From assembly GCA_013239625.1 (NCBI GenBank), contig MU054187.1, positions 1,807,757 to 1,871,756 on the forward strand: a DNA stretch of 64,000 nucleotides, in the 5' to 3' direction. The notes beneath the pieces are model-generated. The model had not been told where the DNA came from. It made no database searches and was given only the letters and a program-made list of their open reading frames with translations. The first letter of the stretch is position 1. Each line of letters opens with the position of its first letter. Shown here piece by piece: positions 47,469 to 60,600 of the stretch. Made by a program: the position numbers and the translations under genes. The stretch is from Lama guanicoe. Lineage: Eukaryota.

Positions 47469-50019
47469 GGGCAGGTGGAGCCCCAGAGACCGCAGTGAGG
47501 AGTTTGTATTTTGCGTAAAGTGTGACGGGATGCCCTTGGCAGCTGTGGGCAGAGCAGGGAAGGCAGGGAACCTGGGCTTCGGGCCGTAGCGGTCACCCGG
47601 GGATGGGGAGGTGGACCTCGGCCGGGGTGAAGGCGGTCAGGATAGAGAAGGCTGGCAGCTGAAGTTCTATGTCTGGTCTAAATCAAGGGAAAGCACCAAA
47701 AGAAGAGAGAGAAAGAGCAGAGACGCTCGGATCCAAAGCCATCGCCCCAGCTGTGCGACATGAGTCCTGTCCTGCCTCGCCCCCTCCGCGCACCCGCCCC
47801 ACCAGCCCCCGCCCGCCTCGCCCTCTGCACCCCCAAGACGGCCCAGCGCCCAGCTGGTCCTCGTCAGTCTGCGGAGCTTCCACACCAGCCTCCACTACAC
47901 ACAGCGTTCAGGAGGGAGGTAGAACCTCTTGTTTCTAGTGATGTAAGTGTAGTGAGTAATAAGAGACTAGCACGTTAAAGGGCACTTGGAGTTTGAAGCC
48001 ATTCTACACAGTGTGGATGTAGAATTCACTGCCCAGTTTTACAGAAAACTCTGGGGCTCTCTGCTCTGAGTGGTCCCAGAGTGCCGCCCCGGTCACCCTC
48101 ACACGCACAGGCATACTTCCACCTGCCTCTGCTCCTCCCCCTTGCTCTGGTGAGGGAAGCGGTTCCACCCCTTTCTAACCGTAGGCTCTCGGGCCCCATG
48201 ACACCTGCTTCTACTTGGTCTAGTTTGTTTTCCGTCCATATCTTCAAACTTCCCAGCCTTCTTATGCCCTCTGGTTCCGTCTCTTCAGTAGGTGAACTTA
48301 TTTCTCCTTCATATACGGCCACGTCTATTCTTCAGGGTCAAACACTTTGAAATCCCCAGTTTCCCTTTTTTTCCTCACCATCCCTTTCCTGCACAACCCA
48401 TGGCCACCTGACTCCCAGCCCCCGAGTCTACTCAAGTTTTCCCGGCTAAGATCACCAGTGCCCCCTATTCCGTGCATCTCACGGTGCATTTTCAGTTATT
48501 TCCTGAGCGAGCCGTTTATGTCTTTGCTTCCTCTGAATCCTGGCTTTCTTCAGCCTTCCCTGAATCCCTCCTTTGCCGGCTCCCCTTTCCACCTTCCCAT
48601 CGAGCACGGAGATGCCCCGGAGTTCCTAATTTTGATCCTTTCCCCCCTCTGTATTCTCCTTGGGAGCCACACCCAAATGTCCATCTCTCTGTATTGGATC
48701 TTTCTCCTGGGTCTCAGATCCACGGATCCACTGTGTGCGCACCGTCACCACCTGGCTGTCCTACATTCAGTACGTCCATCATCTTTCCCTCTGAGTCTCT
48801 TACCCTGGTTAACCACCCACCCTGTCATCACAGCACACGACTCCCACGTGGGACGCTTGGCCAGCTTTCAGATCAGGGCCCGGGTCTGCCCCGCGAACAG
48901 CCCAGGCCCCTCTACTGTGGGTGTGTGACTGCTTGTGCCACCTGCTAAGGTGTGACACCCTACAACAGTCACGTCTGTGCTCTCCATGCGTGACATCGTT
49001 GCCGGAGCATGGGAGAGTGTCCATAAGCTTGTTGGGTGGATGGACTCAAGACTGTCAAGTGTCTCTTCTAAGAAAGCTTCCCTGAGGGTCATTCCATTCT
49101 TTAGGCCATACCTGATCTTTTAGAGGAAAGCAGAACTGACTGCCGCGGGGAGGTGCTCTGGCCCCATGCACGTCAGGGCCAAGCGGGACGGCCTGTGGCC
49201 ATGACCTAGTGGATCTGCACCAGCCTGCCTGCGCACGAGCAGGGACCGGCCTGCCCCCGTCCTCCAGCCGGCTCATAAAGCCGTTGAGGGCAGCTCCATG
49301 GTTCACATTCATTCTCTCTCCTTCTGGTGCCTTTTGGACACGTCACTGTTCCTCAGCCAGCTGGGAGCCTGCACAACCAGCTCGCAGCTTCTAGCACTCA
49401 CATTTACGTTTCTTTACTTCCCTCTCTTGGAGACGATAAAATACAAACAATATCTTAAATCACATCCAGTTGGAATAAAATGTTTTCATCTCTTGTGAAC
49501 TTGGTGTGGGATCTGCCTAGGAAGAGGTCCACTGTGACTGAAATTCTTCATTCTTCGATTCTTTCTGCAATTTAACACTTTTGCATTTCTTTCAGTTCAA
49601 AGTTTCTGTGCTGGCTGCTGAGAAGAATTAAATTGTTTTAAATACAGTCTCTCTTCCAAATGATTTTTGTCAAGTCTCATTAACCTGACTCTTGTTACTC
49701 TGTATTTATATTTTCAGCATGGTATTTGCAAAAGATTTAACAACGTTTTCGGGTTAATCTTCTATAATAATTTAAGGAAACTATGTGAGTATTATCATAG
49801 TAACTGCCTAATTAAGGTCTAAAATGAAAAAAAAAGACTACAATGAGTCTAAACATGTTTTAACCCATCATCAATGGTTTCAAACTTTTTTTTCAGCATA
49901 GTGAAATCTTCCCAAGTCCACAGAAAGAGGGTGTGTAGCCCACCCTCCCGGAAGCCATGGGGTCAGCCAAGCTCCGACACGCAGCCCCATTCCGGGCAGG
50001 TGGACGCAGGTCCCCCTGG

Positions 50020-50172
50020 GGCGCAGTCCCCTCATCTAGGAGAGGGGATCCTGGCAGACCTCACCGACCGGCTTTTGTTCTGATTGGGGCTGTTGTCAGA
50101 ATTAGAAGAATTCATAGCTGCAGAGATCTCAGAATAGTGGCTGGCACGAGGTCAGTGCTGCATTATTATCAT
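50020..50172 (+). mobile_element. MIR SINE 3' fragment
   Basis: 'ccctcatctaggagagggg...gggctgttgtcagaattaga...ctcagaatagtggctggcacgaggtcagtgct'. Confidence 0.55.
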
Positions 50173-53100
50173 GGTAGAAAACAAAATAGTCTTCTGCTTG
50201 ACACCAAAGGTCTCAGAGGAGGAGTTCAGTGACCAGGCGTTTCCAAGTGTCTGTGCTGGTGCGCGCAGGCCTCAGACTCCCGGCTGTTTGGCTGAATGTC
50301 CAGCCTGGATGTGATGTTTGTCATCGGCGCCGAGGCTCCCACAGTTCTTCCAACAGGCTACTTCCCGTGCCACGGTTATTGGCAAGGGGAATATTGAAGA
50401 CCTACGCTGTCTGTGAACTCCTTCTCAAATCTGGGGATGTTTTCATTATAAAAAGTTCATAGAGTCATAGAATCTGGGGATGAAAAGGACTCCAGTGGTC
50501 ACCTTGCCCACCCCGACTGTGACAAGTGTTATCAAGACACAGCAAGTTGTCAAGTCGGGTTCATTCCACCACCTGCCGATCCTTGGCTACCAGTAGAACC
50601 CAGAGCCCTGGGGACCCAGTGTCACTTGACACTTGGTGGCTGACATTGTTCCCCCGCCCCCTGCCGATCTCTGTGCCCAGAGACCACACAGCGTAGAAAG
50701 AAATTTAGAGAATGGATTTAGAGAACATCTGACTTGGGCTCAAGCCTCGATCCTGCTGGAGACCTAAGGAAATACACCTTCATGTTTCTCATTTTCATTT
50801 GCTTTTATCCACAAAAAGGGGTTTGGATGGAAATGTCACAAGTATTAAATCATACGGCACACGGAGGGGCTTCAGGCAGGGCGCAGTGGGAGCACTGGGG
50901 GGTGTCAGGGATATTATTTGATTATTATTGTCACATGCATCATCATGGTCGTGAAAACGTTCACATGCACCATGTTGGGACCCGAAATCTTTTTGCTTAG
51001 TTGCCAAACCTAAGAAATAGTTTTTGGGTTGATGATTAAACAGGTGTGTGTGAGACTGTGAGTGTGGGGGAGGGAGGGGAGGAGCGGGGAGGGGCGTGCA
51101 CTTCCGTTATTTGACAAAGCCTGGCGTCCTGTGTTCCTGCCTGTCCCCCTCAGCGCCCCCGCAGTCTGCTCTGATGCAGCCCATATACCGACCCTGACCC
51201 GCAAATCCTGACCCCTGGGGCTCCCTGGTCGCCCGAGTGTGAAACACTCCCAAGGAGGTAAGTGATGCAGGCAAGGGACGTCACCAAACTCCAGAAGTTC
51301 ATGGAGCCAAGCAAGGTTACCAGAAGATTCCTGCCTCGGGAAGTCTGGTCAGCAAGTGGCTTCCTGCGAAAACACTCGGCAACGGTTCCTTCAAACCAAA
51401 GGTCCACACCGAAGTGCACACACTTTTCTAGAATCTGAAATCCATGCCTGGGAGGCTATTCAAGCAAATGGGAGCATTTCAGGAAAACAAAATCAGCGGA
51501 ATATCCTATCAATTCAAAAAGTCTGGCTGAAATATATTCAATGTACCTGCGAAAACCACTGTGAGCAATATTCGGAAGGGTTTTTTTTATTTGTTTGTTT
51601 TGCTGAGACCTAGAACTTGCCTTTCAGGAGTAAAATGTTAGAGCTTTAATCCCTAGGGGAAAAAATTCCTAAATACATCATGGAAACTAGGATAATCCTT
51701 CATGAATTCAGAAGCGGAAAAAAAAAAAAGAAAGGAAAAAAGAACTTCCTCTATTATTAAAAAATAACCACCCGGCACCCCATCTCCATTCTCTCTCTTC
51801 CCCGGGCCTGACATTCTGCAGATGACCGCCCTTATTTGTCCCTACATGTTTTCCAAAATATAAAAGTGAAATAGAGTCCCAGGGGCACTGTACTTGAAAG
51901 GTTATGAGAGTTGGAGAATTTTAACCATGCCTGCCAAATCAGCAGATGGCTTGTGATTATAATTATATGCATCAATAAAACGAATAATCTTTACAAAATT
52001 TGAATTTCTACTAAAGTAAGGGATTTAGTCAGCAGATGCAACAGAATGCATTTTCTTTAACCCTTTTGGTAGACACTGGTATATTTCACACACAAAAAAG
52101 ATCAGGGCTGTGTACATAATGGCGTGTAGCCTCTCATTTTTGCCCCCTTTCTGGAGTAGTCAGATTGTCAGCCTCACTCTTCTCTTGATTTCATTTTCTT
52201 CATGAGCAGATCTCATCCTCACCCCGTTTTCACCCTTCAGAATAGAAATGTTAAGACTAATTCCCTGCCATTGTTTGATATTTGAAAGAAGAAAATTTAA
52301 AAGAGGTAAATACCTTCATGCTGATTCACACCAAACACACTCCAGAAACAAAAGAGCAAACAGTGGCCGCATCTTCCTGGCTGAGGCCATTCTCTGCAAA
52401 ATTAGGTTTTCAATAACAAAATTTTTCATTTTTTGTTTTCTTATTCTCCTTAATCTACATGCCAGGAAGGAAAATACTGTTTATTCTATTTAAATAATTA
52501 ACCATTTCATTTCGGTCTGGTTCTGCACAGCATTGCAAGGAGAGGTAAGGAAGTTGGTCTCATGCTAAGCATGAATTCACTCAAATAGGAATTGGACATG
52601 TATATGATAAATCTGAAAAAACACAGTGGGGTGAGATTTATACACACATTGACATTGGCCTTGAGCCATGTTTTCTTCATGAAGAAAAACACGAAATTTA
52701 GGAAATTAAAGTGTGTTATTTTAAAATTTTGGAAAAGGTGGAGAAAATGTACCATAAATATTTGTATACTTCTTTTTGATGAAATCACAATGTAAATATT
52801 TTTTCATGGAAACACCAGGTGCAACTCTCCATCACAATAGCACACCAATTAAGACACATTTTACTCTTCCAAACCAGCCAGTGTAGCATTTAGGAGTATT
52901 TGGAGAACATATACTGTACGTATATCTACATCTTTATATTTACACTACAGAAGTCAAAGAAATTAAAATGTTGTTATCTAAAAAGTGTTACACTGTCATA
53001 GTTAATTACTACTTAGCAGTAGAAATAAGTCTTTGAATGCGTCCACATTTTTGAGGGTCAATGCAATTTACCTGTGGATACGGATACACGAGATCAGAAA

Positions 53101-56100
53101 TTCTTCTTAGCAACAAAATTCTCCCAAAGTTGCAAATTAAATGTACAGGTCAAACCCTGTTTGGCACAAATTTTGCTACCATCAGACTCTGAAGAGTTAA
53201 AGCAAAAAAGTAACAAATTCATACTTAAAAGCTTATCAGTTTGATTCTACATTTGACAAAATAATATTCAAATACTTATAGAAAAATTCAGGTATCTCCT
53301 AGGGTTCACTGGGGTGGAATTATAAAGCATGTAGCAATAAGCGAGGTTCAAGTTTCTTTAAATAGTTAATAGAATAAAATATTTTCCAATCAGACTGTCC
53401 TTGAAGAAGAAAGCATTTGTTACCAAATCAAAGTATCAATTAAAAAATATAATCTAAGCCAAAACCTTATGAAATAAATCCCAAAGGGACAAAAAATAAA
53501 GATACCAACTTTAAAAGATGAGGAGTAAACAACAGCAGGTGAAGACCTTTGCTTTATTTACATACTTAAGCGATGGAGATTCTACTCTGAAATTCAATGA
53601 AATTGAATATTTGTGCTTATAGAAAGTTTAAATTGAACTGTAGTAAAACCCTAGCACACACTTTTGACTGCTGTTAATAGAACCGTGCACAAGCAGCCAG
53701 TTTAATCACATACATCAACACACACTCGGTATTTTTACCTTGTTACCTCGGACTGGATACAAGCACACAGCCACGTACTATGGACTTGCAACAATCTTTC
53801 AAGGAATCTCACAACATTTAGGGCTCTGAAAGTGCAAACACGAGAAAGAGCTGCACCGGGGAAAGCAGGTGTGGCGGGGTCCCCACGTGAAGCTGGCAGA
53901 CAGTAAGTGGTCACTGCCTCAAGCTCCAAGCGAAAGTTCAACACTCGACTGCTTTCTCAACACTGAACGCCAACCAGAGACTTCAGGTACGTTATCTTCT
54001 TTAATTTCCACAGCAGTCAGCAGGCGAGCTGACCAGCCCTGGCCCCCATCTCACGGACCGGGACACCGAGGCCCAGAAAAGGTAAACAGCTATCCGAGCT
54101 CGCAGGTAAGCCCGGGGAATGGAAGCACCAGGCTTCCGACATGCACACCCGAAAGGGAAGGTGGCAGGCTCTCGTCACCTTGTGCCACTCGTGTGGCCCT
54201 CACAGCGATGGCCGTGCCTCTAGGGGGTGTTTTATAGGGCTTCTTCGATGGTGGGTTTTTAGGGCTGGGGTGAGTTCCCCGTATCACCCACAGCAAACGC
54301 CACCACCCTTTGACCTTGTCATACGTAAGTCCTCAAGTCAGCAAACCTGAATTAAAGTTCAGTCACACGAAGTTTCCTTCTGTCAGCTGGAAACAAGTTC
54401 CTCAAGTTTCTTTGAAGAAGGAAGTAAAACTCTTCTCTTCGTGGATTTTCATAGTTAAAAATTTTTTTTTAGTTTCAAATTCAAGACCAGTCATGATGAA
54501 AGCAAGTTCACATCAACCAAGAGTAATGATCTGTGCCCTTTTCTCTTAATTACAGCACAGCCCGATTTTGTTTTGGAGACTGACAAGTGTGTTTCTGTGA
54601 AGCTAACCTCACTCAGTTTTATCCAGAGAGGCAACTGACGGACTTGGGCCAAGCGTGCCCACCCTCTGCTGCACCGGTGAGGACCGGGGCGAAGTGCGGA
54701 GAGCCAGCCAAAAGCACTGCGTGTCATCAAACATCTCTCTCACTCCTGTAGTAACACGATGAACACTAGCAACCACAGAAAAATAAATTATACTCCACGA
54801 GATTCAAACGTAAAATGTTCAGTCCAGAAAGGGAGCCACGTGTTGTTCAGAAGGCCTGGAAGAGTAAACCAGTTGTCTAACTCTGCTTTAAATTAAGATG
54901 GGTAGGGAGCAGTGCAGCCATGTTCAGATAGCTTGCTTTCCCCCAAATTCTCCCACCACTAAGACCTGGCGATGAGATTATTTAACAGAAAAATCTGAGC
55001 TTAGTAAAATGAAAGTCTCTCTTCCCTACCCACAGTTTACTTGAAATGACAAGACACAATTTTACCACTTTCTTCACAAAATCTATTCCCTTCTAAATTC
55101 TGTTTACTATAAAAATAATACTTAGAGTTTGTAATATGTAATATGTGTTCTCTGCTATACACATACAGTCTTAGAGGACTCCTAAAAATAAAATGAATTT
55201 GGAAGGAGAAAAGTACTCTGAGACCAAAATAAAAAAAAAGTCTGTGACCTCTGCTCGCCCAGACCATCTTATGGACCTCTAGTACAAATCTCTCATGAAT
55301 ACTAATAGTAAGCAATTTATTCTGTATCATAATATTTTCACATTATTCTATAAATAAGAATGCTTCAGGGCGAGTAATGCAAGTTTGCAAACTGGCTTCT
55401 ATGGAATATGGAGAATTTCCATTCATGAACAGATGACATGCCATTCTCATCTTAAGTGACAGTGTCTTCAAAAATTGAATCCTGACACGGATATTATGAA
55501 TCTGTCTATTATAAAACACCACACTTAACAGTACTTTTAAAAATGTCTTCAGTGAGATTGTCAGAGTTTGTTAAACCATTGAGAATCCACGTAGCTGACA
55601 GTTCTTACAATAAAATATTTAATTTAACTGACAGTCTTATAACAATATCATTCTCTCCTGGACTAAGCACCCTCTGAGTGCACCGGGCTAAAGCAGACAG
55701 ACGTTTCAGCAAAGCAAAGAAGACTTTCTGGCAACTTCCTGTTGCCATATTTCTCTAACGGATCCTGCAGTGCTATACTTCGATACTAAATGCATTTTTT
55801 TCCAAGGGACACAGTAAGCCAGCACTGCTCAGCGTCTGATAGCTTTGATTTTTTTCCCCAAGTACAGCCAGCAAATAACCACTAATCCGATTCAACATTA
55901 CAGATTCACAGCAATGATTTTATTTGCAGATTCAAGAGAAATGGAACCCACCAAAAAAGAAAAAGAGAGAAAGATTGTACCTCCTTGTTTTGATGTGTTT
56001 GATGGATTGATATCTAAGACACTGACCCAGGAAATGGCTATCCCACAAATATTAAATACACACTAGCAGATGGGACAATTTCACATTGACCAGAGTGAAC

Positions 56101-57544
56101 TTCCCTCCACGCGTGCACGCCCCGGTCACCCGTTCTCTCTCAGAGGCAGTCGGGGTCACTAGCATCAGAGTTGCCTCATGCATTTGAAAGTTTTCCCACC
56201 TGAACACACACCTGGATGGCGGTCCCTTGCAAAAGCACCATTTCTCCAGCAAATAGCCTACCTCTCCAGCTCAAGTTCACCTGCCTTCTGGAGGACACTT
56301 TACTCTGAAATGGAAAAACTTTTATGAAATGGCCAAACAGCACACCAGTAGCAGCGACGGGAGAGCCTGCATCCCTGAGGCAGTCTTTCCAGTGGCAGCA
56401 AAACCGCTTCATCCTGACCTACTTGTCGGGAATCGGACTTGCTTGCGTCGCCACGGTTAGGCGAAGACTGGTTCTACTTTCTCCCTGGGGCTTAATTGCC
56501 GGGCTGACTTACCGTGCCTCCTAGTCTTTGTTCTGCCTCTCACGCTGACATCAGGGAAGCAGTGATGTAGAATGAAGCGGGGTGGGCTGGGGCAGTCCAG
56601 TGTTTGTGGCGTGGTGTGGTGTGCAGGGACACCCTGTGATACTCTAGTGAGCTGCTAAGCTTTTTTTGTAGGCTTTGTGTCATTTACTTAACGACCAATC
56701 TCATTAGCTGCCAGGGTACAGTGGGCTGATGCATTTTCTATGTACATACTCTACACAGTGACCCTCAAGGTTGCCGAAGGTCTATTTAATCAGTCAAATG
56801 CTGAATATATTTGCAGTAAATCACTAAAAAAAAAAAGGGAAAAAAAATATGAGACTACCGAGGTATCTTACAGGCTTGCTGTTTAAGGGTGGTTCCTCGC
56901 AGGTAATAAAATGCATGCATGTTTAGCCCAAACAAGGGTAGAGCAGGCAGGGATGAATGAGCAAGTTTGCACCAGTGACCTTAATTTTTAAAAGCAACTT
57001 TTTGGAACCAAAGATATTTTCCCTTTGCAAGGAACCCAGGTTTGAAATGGAAGGTCTGTCCTAGTTTAATCATATTAGCCAAACAAAAAAGAATTGCTTC
57101 CTTTTGCAGTTTCTGCTTCCTCCCTGCCCTCTTTCAGTTACAAGGTAAAAACCCTTTTAACTCCTATGAAAAATGAAATGCTGACAGCCCTATGAATGAC
57201 GACAGCTGTCCATAAGTATCAGGGAGCGTTCTATTGTCCAGCTTGTCCCTGGATAAAACGAATACTTTACAGCAGAGGCTGCTCGGCTTGGCTAAAGAGT
57301 GTGGGGAGAAGGGGAGGAGGTCACTGGAGATTTCGCACACTAATTTAATCTGGGAAAAGGACAGACTCTGCATCTCCCTTGAACAGACTGGCAGCAATCT
57401 GGCCCCCACAGAACTATCTCCTCTTGCCTGTGCTCTATTTATTCCTTATCTCTGTTTACCAACCGCTAGGTCCCTTTCATTCACACCACGAGGCCGTTTT
57501 TCCTACTATCAGTCAGCAGCTGACACTGTGGAAGAGCCTCAGAG

Positions 57545-57546
<2 letters not shown>

Positions 57547-57612
<66 letters not shown>

Positions 57613-57630
57613 AAGAAAAAGAAAAAAAAA
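57547..57630. repeat. Poly(A) tract: 64 uninterrupted A followed by an A-rich extension
   Basis: A at 57547-57610, then gaaagaaaaagaaaaaaaaa. Confidence 0.95.
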
Positions 57631-60600
57631 GATCAAAACTAAACCAAAGCTGTATAAACAATGCAAGAGGACAAGTAAATGCATAAACCCCGATTCTTAA
57701 CCCACCCACAGGGCGCAGACAGAGCCTTCCCAGCAAATCCAACCAGCCCACCACGGTGAGCTGTGGCCACAGAGAGAGACACGTCCAAAACCATTCATAA
57801 ACTCGCCATCCAAAAAAGCGGCTACAACGTACGCTGGCCACTGGGGCAGGTCAGGGACGTTATCTCCATCACGATCAATTCACTGGCAACCAGGACCCGT
57901 TTACCTCGCCCGAGAAGGTGAACTATCCACTTCTCAGGGAAACCTCACTGAAATTGAAATGCCAGCAGATTGAAAAAAAAAAAAAGATGAAATCCACCAG
58001 TACGATCATAAGTTAAAGGGAGTTCAACAACATTAACTTTTCCGAGACCTCCTCATGTTGGTTCAAGTGAAACAATTTGAGAAACTGGGCATCAAATCTC
58101 TTATTCTTATATAAAGATACTAAGTCCAGCCAACTGAATCTTTTTTCCTTGCTTTACCTCCAAGTGACTCACACAGAAGAGGGTTTGTGAAAAGACAGCT
58201 TCTCAAAGACAACTTTTTACCTTTCGAAGAACTCTGCAGCGTGCAAGTGAAAACAGAGGCTGAAGAAACTAGTTTGAAGCTCAGAAAGAGGAAACAAAAC
58301 AAGTGTTCTTTGGAACTTGGCAACTTTTGAGTAAACATGAATTTTGAGTCTGAAATATGCTTTGCTGACATTAATCTTGAGTGCTAAATAAGTTCGGCTA
58401 TTTCAACAAATGGGAGGCTTGCCACTTAATATAAGTAGCCCAGACAAGACATATCTGAGCTGGGTGTGTGTACATTGTGTGCTTGGGGACACAGCTACCC
58501 ATAAACACATACACAGAATAGAAAAGTGTATGATTTCTGATGCTTACAGTTCCCTCGATTAAAAACCGTGACTTATTTTACATTTTCCTGAGTTTTTTTT
58601 TAATCACTGAAATGATTGGAAATGATTGGTTATTGTCGTAAAAATCAACACCGTATTGACTCAATCACTAAGACCTTTACCAAAAAAGAGAAGACAAAAT
58701 GTAGCTCATTATCCAGGATGATCAATTGGACCAGATTTCAGTTTGTTTTCACCTATATGCATTATGAGCGATGAAGTCTTTACTACTTGGATCCTTTTTT
58801 CCAAATGAATTAATGAATTAAATTTATCCTTTCACCAGCTGCTAGGCAGCAGATGGAACCATTTCTGAAGCCTTGTTGAATTCAATCCATACAACTCATT
58901 TCCTAGGATTAGCAGTCCAAAGTTTCTTTTAATGTTTATATACCGCTTGGGATTTTGAATTTCATGATGTTAAACTTTCAATTTAACTATTCTTTTTGCA
59001 TTTCATATCAAACAATTATGATCTTCTGGATTTCTATAGCAGACACGGCAGGTCACATAAGGACAGGAATTAATTTCAAGAGCAATAAAGTCATACACAT
59101 TACATTTTTTGATGTTTGTTCGCATTGCCTGACTACCATGGAAACTATTTGCACTTTGCTTTTATATTAATGTCAGCCTAAAGAATTACATAGTTAATAG
59201 CTTGTGATTTTTGTTTCATAAATCAAAATGTGTTCATAAATACTTTAAAGCTGCAACCAGAAACATTCATTAACATTATGGAAGTTTAAAGTCTTGCAAT
59301 TGAGTTATAAGATTAAGCTTGTTACATTATCTGCAAATAACTGCTGTATACACTAAGTTAATTTATCTAATAAGAATTTAATCCTGACCTTTAAAAATGG
59401 TAATAAAGCCAATTACAGAGTATGTAGATCTGCATTTTATAACACAACTTTTTAAAGCGCATGCTACCATGGACAGCTCCTAGCATTTCTATTAGTTAAT
59501 TTGCACTTAAAACATCTAATTTAAGAAGAACCAGGAAACTTTAAATCCTACTGTCTGATGTTGTAGCAGAATAGTAATGGCCACTCTTAAAAAAAAAGTC
59601 TCCTTTAAACATAACTAAATTAGAATCTCCATAAAAGTTCCAATGTACTTTGAAAGGTTTTAAATACAACTCCCTTATGCTCTCCAAGGTACAGTATATC
59701 CAAATTTAAAATGTAAAAGCTTTTAAGCTTAAAATGATGCTGTTCCCATAACACAAATACAACTAAAAAACAGTGAATCACTCTTGTGTGCAACAGCGAT
59801 TTCCGCTAATTTGGTACAAGAAATCCATATTAATCTAATATTAGAGTAAGCCAAGAAGGCCACAATAATCACCACTGAGTAACTGAATATTTAGAATAAG
59901 GAGAAGAGAGATCACTGGTGATCTTAGGTTACACGCATCAAAGTAGGATCATATGCAGATGATATTTGCAAGAAAAAAAGTTAGGGAAAGTCTAACGTCA
60001 GTTTTATTTCAGACTGTGAATCTGATCATTCCCAGGAACTTTTTTCCCCTCTAACATAAAGATAGATTACATAGTTACAGTCAAGATTTCTTCATCAATT
60101 TTTTCCCCTTGAATTTAGGGGATTTTGCGGTGCTGGTTAGGGTATAAGACAAGAGTTGGTATAACTTTCCTGACAATAAGCCACTCTCTAAAAAAAAAAA
60201 ATTGAACAAGTTATTTTGCACACTTTGCCTATCAGCTGCTTTGTTCTTTGAAACTGAAAAAAAAAAGCCCACTACACGCCTTTAGGAGACATCCATTATC
60301 TCCACATGTTTAATAAACGCCTCGTTGGGATAAAGGAGTATGAGGCAAAAGGCTGTGTATCAAGATATTTGAAATTTTCTGTATCTTTAGTAATATTTCA
60401 TTGCACTTATCCTTCAGCAAAATTTTGTTCAAGGCTAGTATTAAGTCTTTCTCATTCTTCCACCTTTTAAAATATCACTCTAACTTTCTGAAGAGTCTCG
60501 TGGCACCTGCATTTATCAAAAATTGAACTGCATTATTTTTAACTCTAAATATTTAAAAGACAAGATTATAAATACCACACTTATCATTTTAAATTTCTTT

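Noticed and set aside
47490..48900. 193-aa ORF at 48347-48928 and nearby ORFs
   Set aside because: Pyrimidine-rich sequence resembling decayed L2; no protein homology recognised and boundaries too vague to annotate.
57234..57841. Poly-Lys and poly-Phe ORFs, or a processed pseudogene tail
   Set aside because: Artefacts of the A64 run; no upstream AATAAA, mRNA-like body or TSD seen.
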